Shown: positions 27,034 through 33,995 of the stretch, one piece after another
Position numbering within the stretch: position 1 is the stretch's first letter
Layout: each line of letters opens with the position of its first letter
DNA from: a virus
Lineage: Duplodnaviria; Heunggongvirae; Uroviricota; Caudoviricetes
Virus record (IMG/VR): IMGVR_UViG_2778261513_000009
Location: 1 to 33,995 of that record
Reading direction: 5' to 3' (one strand)
DNA: 33,995 nucleotides
Position numbers and translations under genes: made by a program
Notes under the pieces: model-generated
Database searches by the model: none
Told to the model about the DNA's origin: nothing
The model's input: the letters and a program-made list of their open reading frames with translations, nothing else

Positions 27034-29319
27034 TTACTCCTCTTGCATTGAGAATCCCGGCCACTCATCAGCAGCCGCGTATTTGAATTTTTTATCGCCA
27101 TAAATCACCGTTGCCCCACGCGCCAGCGCTTCAAGCTCCCACCGTTCCGGGGTAATGCTCTCCTGAGCCAAATCGAAACGAATTTTCGCTATGCGATCCC
27201 TTTCTGGTTTTGTCATCCTGGCTGATGGCGCTTGCTCGCTCGTTTTGAGTGGAGCATGGCTTCTTTGCTGGCGATTTTTGCGAGGGATACCAGCTTTTAA
27301 CGCGCCGTTAAGCACCTTCATGACGTCTGGCTCATTCCAGCCGATAACCCCGCGCTCAATCAGATTTAACACCGCTGCGGCTTGCTCAGACGGTGTGGGT
27401 GTCATAACTGGAGCATCACCGCCGGTGAGCTTTCCACAGTTATTGACAGGACTCCGAGGCGCGGCAGAGCCGCTTTTTAAGGTCAAAGGCTCAACGGCCA
27501 AAATCTTTGGAACAATGCGCCATTCGGCTGTACGGGTTACATGTATGCGACTCGCCCCGAGGTGAGGGGCATAAATGCCGACCACTCTCTCGATATCTTC
27601 CTCATATTCGTTGACCTCATCAGTCACCTTACGGGCGACCCTAACGGCCTGCGCATCACGCGGCATGTTTGCCCCACCCTGTGCGATGATATACAGGTTA
27701 AATTCACCTTCATCAGCAGCAGCCCGGACAGCCTCGACCCGGTCGTCAAACTCACTGGCGATACTCACGCCGCGCGGCAGCTTGCGCAGTTCGCGGTAAG
27801 CGCCCATTGTCGGTAGGCCAATTGGTTTAAACTGCGGGATGCGCCATGTAGACGCCCATGCAGTTACGGCTGCGGCGGTATCTTTCAGAGGCTTTCCGGT
27901 GTCGTGGTCGATCTGGCCGTCGAGTGCGTAGCCGTCGATATTTTTGGCAATGTATTTAGCGATATAACCCGCCGCACCGCCCTGATTAAGATGACGTGAC
28001 TCAAAGCGCTGTTTTGCCGCTCCCTTTTCGTGCCCGTCCTCTTTGAGAGCATAACGACGCATAATTTCGTTAATAGCTTTACGCTGACCGGGTTTGCAAA
28101 ACAGCATCATGTGCCAGTGTGGCGTCCCGTCGTGGTGCGGTTCGACAACACGCATCCCGTAAACCTCTAAATCGTTATCTTTGAAAGCGGTGCGTATCAG
28201 GCTCCAGATTCGGCACAGATAGCGCTGGCCGTCTTTGGGGGTAAATGCGGTTTCATTCCAGCCATGATTGAGCTACACAGTTTTGTTTTCACCTTTGCCG
28301 ACCTGTCGGGTCGGGTGATACTTCGATGGCGTGGTCAGCGTGATAAACATCCCCACGTCACCAACGCAGGCCGCGTAGCGTTCAATCCCGGCGATAGTGT
28401 TCATCAGTTCCATACGCCGTATTTCAGGGTTAGAAATACTCCCCATTACCTTACTGATGAGGTCGATACGTTCGCCGGTGACTTTGTTTTCCAGCTCGCA
28501 GGATTTCAGGTATTCGAGATTAGCCAGGCGGCGCGCGTGCACATCGCGGATCGCCATTTTGCTTGCGTAAGGTGAGCGGTCTTTGTTGACCTCGCCAGCC
28601 GCAATAAGCAGCGCCTCGCGCCAGCGCATCCGCTGCGCCTTGAGCTGGCTGACCCACCACTCATCTTTTATCAGACGGGAAATAGCAGAAAATGCCATGC
28701 GGATCGTCATCTGACCCTTACGGTATTTTTTCCAGTACATCGGGGTGAAGTTAAAAGCGCGAGCAATACCGGCCACCTGACCGTATAAATGCGCCTGCGC
28801 CTCATCGGTGAATAAAGTGTCTTTCCCGCCGTGCGCCTCCTCCCATGCGTCGCTTAACTCCTCGTATTTGCTCCAGAGTTGAGAAGCAATTCTGGCCGCA
28901 AACTTCTTAAGCTCTTTGTCATTCATATCCGGCAGGCGCACATACTGGTCACGCTCGGACAAAAAACCAATCGAGGCGGATTCATTCATTCCGCACAGCT
29001 CATTAACACGCTCAAGACGCGGCAGCAACTTGCGCTCAAACGTGTTTTTGAGGAAATACAGCCCACCCAAGGGGCTCTTTGTGCGGCGGATGAAGTTATA
29101 ACGCGAGGTAAACAGCGTTTGCAGGAAAAACGGCAGGCGATCAATCCGGTTTAAAACACCTTGCACCTGACGGAGTTCGGCACGTGTAAGGGGTCTGTCG
29201 CGGCCAACTGCCTCGCGGGATTTATTCCACGGATAAGCACCGACGAAATTATCACCGGTGCTTTTTGGTAGTGGCGGAGGTGGCGAGGGGGCAACGCGCC
29301 CCCGAGTTTCAACGGCCAT
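27034..29319 (-). pseudogene. A: Replication initiation protein A (rolling-circle HUH endonuclease) interrupted by an in-frame amber codon at 28273-28275
   Basis: ORFs 28273-29397 and 27034-28155 are in the same frame; the 117 nt between them has no stop other than TAG at 28273-28275. The joined product would be about 761 aa from ATG 29319, carrying the HUH motif (HWHMMLF) and a tandem-tyrosine motif (YIAKYIAK). Confidence 0.8.
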
Positions 29320-29584
29320 CTGCAGCAAACGCAATCTGACATTGCTGACCAATGCGCTCGACCTGCTCGCCAATGTCCGCAAAACTAGCCGCCTCACCGG
29401 TCAGAATGCCATGTAATATCAGACCAGATACGAGTCTGGAAACTGTTGGATAATAGCCAATTACACCGAGCCACTCTTTACCGGCGCTCTTTCCTGATTT
29501 TGCGGTTTTCTTTTCCTGCAAAATAAATTGAAACTGGTCACTAGTGACGACGAAACGGTCGCCCACCTCAATATAAATTGACAT
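29309..29584 (-). CDS. Hypothetical early-operon protein (orf82/83-like position)
   Basis: 91-aa ORF immediately upstream of A, overlapping its start by 11 nt. Confidence 0.55.
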   Translation of the reverse strand: MSIYIEVGDRFVVTSDQFQFILQEKKTAKSGKSAGKEWLGVIGYYPTVSRLVSGLILHGILTGEAASFADIGEQVERIGQQCQIAFAADGR

Positions 29585-29883
29585 TATTTACCACCTTTCC
29601 GATTTAATTTTTTTAGCTCACACGCACAATATGTAGATTGTTCAGCCATGAATTGTATTAATTCATCCACAGTGGTTATTTTCTTGCGATAAATAGCACG
29701 TTTGACAATTAGGTCGACAACATCAGAAAACAGATTTAACTCATTCGAATAAATAGCGATAACTGACCCAACCATCAAGCCAGATTCTTTATCACTTTTG
29801 AGGTCAGACAGAGATAAATCACCATTTTTGAGAACGGCAACTTTTAACCAGCCATTGAGAATCACAGATTTCAGCACAGACAT
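29584..29883 (-). CDS. Hypothetical early-operon protein (99 aa, AT-rich)
   Basis: ORF tightly packed in the early operon; about 38% GC. Confidence 0.5.
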   Translation of the reverse strand: MSVLKSVILNGWLKVAVLKNGDLSLSDLKSDKESGLMVGSVIAIYSNELNLFSDVVDLIVKRAIYRKKITTVDELIQFMAEQSTYCACELKKLNRKGGK

Positions 29884-30140
29884 TAAACAGCCTCCCCACG
29901 GGCGAGACCTGCGTTATGAAGTACCGTTGATTCCTGGCTGAGTAACTCGACAATCTCAACACGCCCCAACTCCTGCGTAACGATATGTTGAATCAGTTTA
30001 TCCAGATGAAATGAGAATATAGTCGCTGCGTCGGCCTGCGCTTCTGCTCTGGCCTGCTGAAGCAATAAAGAAAAATTGCTGCTTTGCTTTTCCGTTCCTG
30101 TAAGCATGACTTTCTCCAGACAAAAAGAAGTCCCGCACAA
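29883..30140 (-). CDS. Hypothetical early-operon protein
   Basis: 85-aa ORF between B and the downstream small ORFs; start uncertain. Confidence 0.45.
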   Translation of the reverse strand: MCGTSFCLEKVMLTGTEKQSSNFSLLLQQARAEAQADAATIFSFHLDKLIQHIVTQELGRVEIVELLSQESTVLHNAGLARGEAV

Positions 30141-30170
30141 TCAAGTGCGTTTAAAATTTAGATTATTTAA

Positions 30171-30671
30171 TTAATGCAAATATTGCTCAGGCTTGACCGA
30201 TGTTAATATCGTCGGCGCGTACTCAAACAGGCTAAACAACTCACGTAAAGCACGAAATAAATTTTCACGCCAATAACATGATTCTTCATTAATACGCCAG
30301 TAAGGCTGATTAAATTCAACCTCACTTAACCCTGCATGTAAAAACAATGACCGCCGTTGGCTAACCGTTAGAAAACTAATATATGCGGACTCACTTGAGC
30401 CAACCTGACGACGTTTTGAAAATGCAGCACGTAGCTCGTCGATAGCGCACACCAGACGCTCCCGGTCTACATCGTTCATTTCTTCAAGACGCATCGTCGC
30501 ATGACGCTGTTTTAATTGAGCATGAAAACAGACCGTCAGGCGGTCGCGTTCCATCATTTGATTATAGAAATCACAGCTATCCTGCCAGCGGGGCGCTGCA
30601 AGATATTTACCAATCAGACTACGTAATCCTTCTGGCTGCTTGTCCACAATGGCAAGGGTCATAACCGTCAT
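30171..30671 (-). CDS. B: Replication protein B (helicase-loader-like)
   Basis: 166-aa ORF, same length as P2 gpB, with an N-terminus (…TLAIVDKQPEGLRSLIGKYLAAPRWQDSCDFYNQM…) that I recall as resembling P2 B. Confidence 0.7.
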   Translation of the reverse strand: MTVMTLAIVDKQPEGLRSLIGKYLAAPRWQDSCDFYNQMMERDRLTVCFHAQLKQRHATMRLEEMNDVDRERLVCAIDELRAAFSKRRQVGSSESAYISFLTVSQRRSLFLHAGLSEVEFNQPYWRINEESCYWRENLFRALRELFSLFEYAPTILTSVKPEQYLH

Positions 30672-30838
30672 AACGATACCCCTATGGATTTTATGAAGCG
30701 TTTAGTCATGGCAAAAAATCCCGGCTTACGGGTGCGGATGATGATGCCTTTACGTCCCTTACCGTGAGTAATCTTGAACGTCATCGGCTGGGGACTTTCC
30801 TTACGAAGTAGCTGCGCAATACAACGTGGTTCTTGCAT
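30668..30838 (-). CDS. Small basic hypothetical protein (56 aa)
   Basis: ATG 30838 preceded by a GGAGG ribosome-binding site; translation MQEPRCIAQLLRKESPQPMTFKITHGKGRKGIIIRTRKPGFFAMTKRFIKSIGVSL. Confidence 0.5.
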   Translation of the reverse strand: MQEPRCIAQLLRKESPQPMTFKITHGKGRKGIIIRTRKPGFFAMTKRFIKSIGVSL

Positions 30839-30937
30839 AAATCCTCCATTAAGTAGCCGGGTTTTGCCCATGCCCGGCACATGGTCTTGTGGTAGGATTG
30901 AATCGCCAAAAACAACTCCACCACTAAGAGGTAAAAA

Positions 30938-31129
30938 GTGAACAATCAAAAACTTAATGAATTAATTACCACTCTTGAACAAGCCGTAGCATTAATTGAG
31001 TCTCTACCAACCCCAATGGGTGACGTGGAAAAATCGAATCAAGTCGATGTATTGACAATTAAGTTAAGAGAATTAGCTCACTCAAAAAAACCAAATCATC
31101 TTCAAGGGTTTATTGATATAAACGACTAA
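30938..31129 (+). CDS. Small 63-aa predicted helical protein, convergent with the 139-aa gene (AT-rich cargo)
   Basis: GTG start with AAGAGG 6 nt upstream; AT-rich; stop overlaps the stop of the convergent 139-aa gene. Confidence 0.45.
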   Translation: MNNQKLNELITTLEQAVALIESLPTPMGDVEKSNQVDVLTIKLRELAHSKKPNHLQGFIDIND

Positions 31130-31545
31130 GCGTCTAATTCATGTGGTGCGGCTTTTTTGGGACGATGCGACCGCACCATCACATTAAAAATGTCATCCCA
31201 ATCATCTTTGCTCATTAGCGTAATACCCAGCTCCCGAGCCTTTTCTCTTACACAGCGCGCCAGATATAAACGATTATCAATACTTATCCCTATAGCCCTT
31301 TCTTTCATGCGGCCGTAGTTATCAGAAAGAAGCTGTATCAAGTCAAGGCGTAGTATTTCAACTGAGCCATCAGTGCTGCGAAAAACTAAATCATCACCAT
31401 CAATAAACACTGGTTCACTTTTGAGCTCTTCGCTACTCACCCACTTACGCAGACTTCGTGGAACAACAAGACTATTTGAAGGTGTCATTTCGTCTAATTC
31501 ACCACTGAATAAAGCCACTTTTATGGTTTTCAACTGATGTTCCAT
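31126..31545 (-). CDS. 139-aa hypothetical protein directly downstream of cox (AT-rich cargo)
   Basis: ATG 31545 with AAGGGGG ribosome-binding site; about 38% GC against a roughly 55% backbone; N-terminal segment LVVPRSLRKWV is faintly AbrB/SpoVT-like. Confidence 0.6.
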   Translation of the reverse strand: MEHQLKTIKVALFSGELDEMTPSNSLVVPRSLRKWVSSEELKSEPVFIDGDDLVFRSTDGSVEILRLDLIQLLSDNYGRMKERAIGISIDNRLYLARCVREKARELGITLMSKDDWDDIFNVMVRSHRPKKAAPHELDA

Positions 31546-31609
31546 TTCTACCCCCTTATGCCGACTGGTCAGCTAGCCATTCACAAACTGAGCGATGTAT
31601 TTCAACCGG

Positions 31610-31879
31610 TTAAGACCCTAAGCCCAACCACATTAGCCACCCTTCCCTAATTTCTTTCGGGCGACTTTCATATGCGAGTTTCATGCCGTTGTTCCATGCT
31701 GGGAGGTAAACCCAGTATTCACCTACTGTTCCGCTGGTTGACTGCGGATCAGTCATTTTAATAATGGGTAGCTTCCCTTTATCAATCATTCCCCGAACAG
31801 CCATGGGAGTCTTACCAATAAGCCTTGCGAACTCTTGATAAGGGACTGCATCAGTTACACTTACAAGCTGTTTGCTCAT
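31610..31879 (-). CDS. cox: Cox (excisionase / repressor of Pc)
   Basis: 89-aa translation MSKQLVSVTDAVPYQEFARLIGKTPMAVRGMIDKGKLPIIKMTDPQSTSGTVGEYWVYLPAWNNGMKLAYESRPKEIREGWLMWLGLG is near-identical to P2 Cox as I recall it. Confidence 0.85.
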   Translation of the reverse strand: MSKQLVSVTDAVPYQEFARLIGKTPMAVRGMIDKGKLPIIKMTDPQSTSGTVGEYWVYLPAWNNGMKLAYESRPKEIREGWLMWLGLGS

Positions 31880-31904
31880 CTGTTACGATTCTCCTTTAGT
31901 GCTA

Positions 31905-31941
31905 TTAATTGCTCTTAATGGGGTTTAATTGCTCTTAATGG
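31905..31941. promoter_or_regulatory. Two 17-bp direct repeats ttaattgctcttaatgg spaced 20 bp apart (putative operator at the early promoter)
   Basis: Perfect copies at 31905-31921 and 31925-31941 in the cox-C divergent region; P2 C repressor is known to bind direct repeats flanking the early promoter. Confidence 0.55.
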
Positions 31942-31971
31942 TGATTCACCCATCGGAAAGATAAATCTACG

Positions 31972-32000
31972 ATAGGTGATAATATTCAACTATAGGTGAT
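31972..32000. promoter_or_regulatory. Two 9-bp direct repeats ataggtgat spaced 20 bp apart, just upstream of C (putative Cox or C binding site at Pc)
   Basis: Copies at 31972-31980 and 31992-32000, ending 3 nt before the C start codon. Confidence 0.45.
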
Positions 32001-32003
32001 TTT

Positions 32004-32303
32004 ATGTCAATAGAGATTCATGAAAAAATCAAGCTCATCAGAGAGTCTGAAAGACTAAATAGAAGAGAATTCAGTGAGTTAACAGGGATCGTTTACGGTT
32101 CTTTTTGTAGCTATGAGGCTGGCGATAAAAAACCAGGTGTGGAGCAAATAATGAAAATCCTTCAACACCCGCGCTTCACCAAGTACACGATGTGGTTTAT
32201 GACTGATCAAATAACACCTGAAGCTGGGCAGATTGCACCGGCTCTCGCGCACTTTGGGCAGCCGACAACAACGTCACCCCACTCAGACCAGAAAACTGGC
32301 TAA
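32004..32303 (+). CDS. C: Immunity repressor C
   Basis: 99 aa, same length as P2 C; C-terminal ...FTKYTMWFMTDQITPEAGQIAPALAHFGQPTTTSPHSDQKTG strongly resembles P2 C. Confidence 0.85.
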   Translation: MSIEIHEKIKLIRESERLNRREFSELTGIVYGSFCSYEAGDKKPGVEQIMKILQHPRFTKYTMWFMTDQITPEAGQIAPALAHFGQPTTTSPHSDQKTG

Positions 32304-32399
32304 CAATTTACGGCGCTTTTTTGTGCAGTAAATGCACTGTGAGTTTTTGTTATTTAAATCAGGAAATTGAAGTACGCAGTAACATCATCGGGAGGCTTT

Positions 32400-33413
32400 A
32401 TGTCTGTTAAAAAGCTCGATGATGGTCGATATGAAGTGGACGTCAGACCTGCAGGGCGCAACGGAAAGCGCATCCGCAGGAAGTTCGATAAGAAAAGTGA
32501 AGCTATCGCTTTTGAAAAATATACTCAGTACAACCATCACAACAAAGATTGGTTGGCTAAACCGACAGATAAGCGGCATCTGTCAGAATTAACAAAAGTC
32601 TGGTGGGATTTGAAGGGCAAGCATGAGACTCATGGTCGAGATTATCTAGGAAAAATTGAGTTATTCACAAGGATTACAAGTGACCCATGCGCATTTCAGA
32701 TTACTAAATCATTGATTAGCCAGTACGGCACGGTGCGCCGTTCTCAGGGCATCAAACCATCGAGCATCAACCGCGATTTGACTTGCCTTAGCGGAATGTT
32801 TACCTCGTTGATAGATGCAGAGCTATTTTTCGGTGAACACCCTTTCAGAGGTGTTAAGCGACTGAAAGAGGACAAACCTGAAACTGGCTACCTCACGCAA
32901 GAGGAGATCGCTGATCTACTGTCGAAAGTCGATGGGGATAATAAGAAAATAGCGATTCTTTGTCTTAGCACCGGCGCGAGATGGAGTGAGGCTGCAAAAT
33001 TGAAAGCTGAAAACATCATCCAAAATCGCGTCACGTTCGTTAAGACAAAAACCAACAAACCGCGAACCGTTCCGATATCCGAGGAGCTGGCAACAATGAT
33101 CACATCAGGAAAGCGTGGCTATCTGTTCACGAACGCTAACTATCCTGCATTCAGACGATTAATGAAAGAGTTGAAACCGGACTTGCCACCGGGTCAGGCG
33201 ACGCACGCATTGCGTCACAGCTTTGCCACTCACTTTATGATTAACGGAGGCAGCATTATCACGCTTCAACGGATACTCGGGCACTCACGAATTGAGCAGA
33301 CAATGACCTATGCACATTTCGCCCCTGAGTACCTGCAGGACGCGGTAACGCTTAATCCTTTACGCGGTGGCACTGATGCTCTGAGTGTCCACACAATGTC
33401 CACGCTTGAATGA
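32400..33413 (+). CDS. int: Tyrosine integrase (P2 Int family)
   Basis: MSVKKLDDGRYEVDVRPAGRNGKRIRRKFDKKSEAIAFEKY... and C-terminal ...HALRHSFATHFMINGGSIITLQRILGHSRIEQTMTYAHFAPEYL match P2 Int as I recall it, including the catalytic R/H/Y region; GGGAGG ribosome-binding site. Confidence 0.9.
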   Translation: MSVKKLDDGRYEVDVRPAGRNGKRIRRKFDKKSEAIAFEKYTQYNHHNKDWLAKPTDKRHLSELTKVWWDLKGKHETHGRDYLGKIELFTRITSDPCAFQITKSLISQYGTVRRSQGIKPSSINRDLTCLSGMFTSLIDAELFFGEHPFRGVKRLKEDKPETGYLTQEEIADLLSKVDGDNKKIAILCLSTGARWSEAAKLKAENIIQNRVTFVKTKTNKPRTVPISEELATMITSGKRGYLFTNANYPAFRRLMKELKPDLPPGQATHALRHSFATHFMINGGSIITLQRILGHSRIEQTMTYAHFAPEYLQDAVTLNPLRGGTDALSVHTMSTLE

Positions 33414-33497
33414 TTTATAGTGGCTTTCAGTGGTCTTGCGTGCCGCGCAAACCCGCATTGCACCGCTGAAAGCCCCTGTTGTAGGGGTATAAAAACG

Positions 33498-33519
33498 CCC
33501 TTACACGGGCTTATTTTTT
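33498..33519. repeat. attR core: right copy of the 22-bp att core (cccttacacgggcttatttttt)
   Basis: Direct repeat of 1512-1533 with 2 mismatches; lies 85 bp past the int stop. Confidence 0.7.
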
Positions 33520-33551
33520 ATGCATAAGCCCTATCCCTGGTCACCGTCTTC

Positions 33552-33568
33552 CATTGACCACATCGATA
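33552..33568. repeat. 17-bp direct repeat cattgaccacatcgata, copy 2 (outside prophage on the yegR side)
   Basis: Identical to 1582-1598. Confidence 0.6.
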
Positions 33569-33677
33569 GAATCTCCCTTCATAGCACGATGCCTTTCACG
33601 TAACGGCATCGTGCTCGCACAGGTTCCGGCTAAGCACAACCAGAACGCGCATGTTTGACGCTTACCAAAAAATATTC

Positions 33678-33995
33678 TCACTCTCCACATTTGAATGTCA
33701 GACGAGCGACGCCATGTAATCCTGCACCTTCTGTCTTCAGGTCAACTATCTGCATTTTTTTGCCCTGAGTAACACAGAAATGGGCTGCATCATTTTTTAC
33801 TATATTTTCTGCACCAGATATTCTGCCCCTGGCTAAAGAAGCTTCGGCTTCGGTGTAGTATTGGTTATCGAGTTTACGCTGAATATTACTTTTATATGCA
33901 AGACCAAATTTACCGATACTTGTCTCATCATTATGCACAGCACAACCAGACATAATAAAAATACTAATTAATGATATAGCAGCTATCTTTTTCAT
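33678..33995 (-). CDS. yegR: Lipoprotein YegR (host gene)
   Basis: 105-aa ORF with signal peptide and lipobox (ISLISIFIMSGC); matches E. coli YegR as I recall it, and the cyaR...yegR synteny fits. Confidence 0.8.
   Translation of the reverse strand: MKKIAAISLISIFIMSGCAVHNDETSIGKFGLAYKSNIQRKLDNQYYTEAEASLARGRISGAENIVKNDAAHFCVTQGKKMQIVDLKTEGAGLHGVARLTFKCGE

Larger units (their letters stand above)
1507..33519. mobile_element. P2-like (Peduovirus-type) prophage, about 32.0 kb, integrated at the cyaR terminator
   Basis: Bounded by the att core repeats; contains the P2 gene complement in conserved order with the integrase adjacent to attR and ogr adjacent to attL. Confidence 0.9.

Noticed and set aside
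32318-32345. Inverted repeat tgcagtaaatgcactg between C and int considered as a LexA box or terminator
   Set aside because: Does not fit CTGT-N8-ACAG and has no adequate stem plus T-run.
1-33995. Looked for CRISPR arrays, tRNA or rRNA genes and IS elements
   Set aside because: No short regularly spaced repeats, no tRNA-like cloverleaf regions at the att sites (integration is into the cyaR sRNA terminator, not a tRNA), and no transposase-like ORFs or terminal inverted repeats were seen.

Overview
The window is an Escherichia/Enterobacteriaceae chromosomal segment carrying a near-complete P2-like (Peduovirus-type) prophage of about 32 kb. Host genes flank it: yegQ (1-1362) and the sRNA cyaR (1447-1533) on the left, yegR (33678-33995) on the right. 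The prophage sits in the cyaR 3' terminator, with a 22-bp imperfect direct repeat at both junctions (1512-1533 and 33498-33519). In E. coli K-12 this locus holds only the cryptic ogrK/yegZ remnant, as far as I recall. Gene order is the P2 order read backwards: ogr, D, U, T, E/E', FII, FI, G, H, I, J, W, V, S, R, lysC/lysB, K, holin, X, L, M, N, O on the minus strand, then P and Q on the plus strand, then the early region A, B, cox on the minus strand and C, int on the plus strand. All assignments are by my own reading of the ORF translations against remembered P2 proteins; no database search was run. Three AT-rich cargo islands interrupt the GC-rich backbone. The most interesting is a tightly coupled two-gene operon next to Q: an OLD/AriA-like ABC-type ATPase plus a 370-aa partner with a Toprim-like E...DxD core, which I read as a candidate anti-phage system of PARIS/OLD-like architecture but atypical partner layout. 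The second is an orphan 398-aa gene between V and S on the opposite strand. The third is a convergent 139-aa/63-aa pair between cox and B. The replication initiator gene A carries an in-frame amber codon, so the prophage may be replication-defective. I could not locate the cos site.
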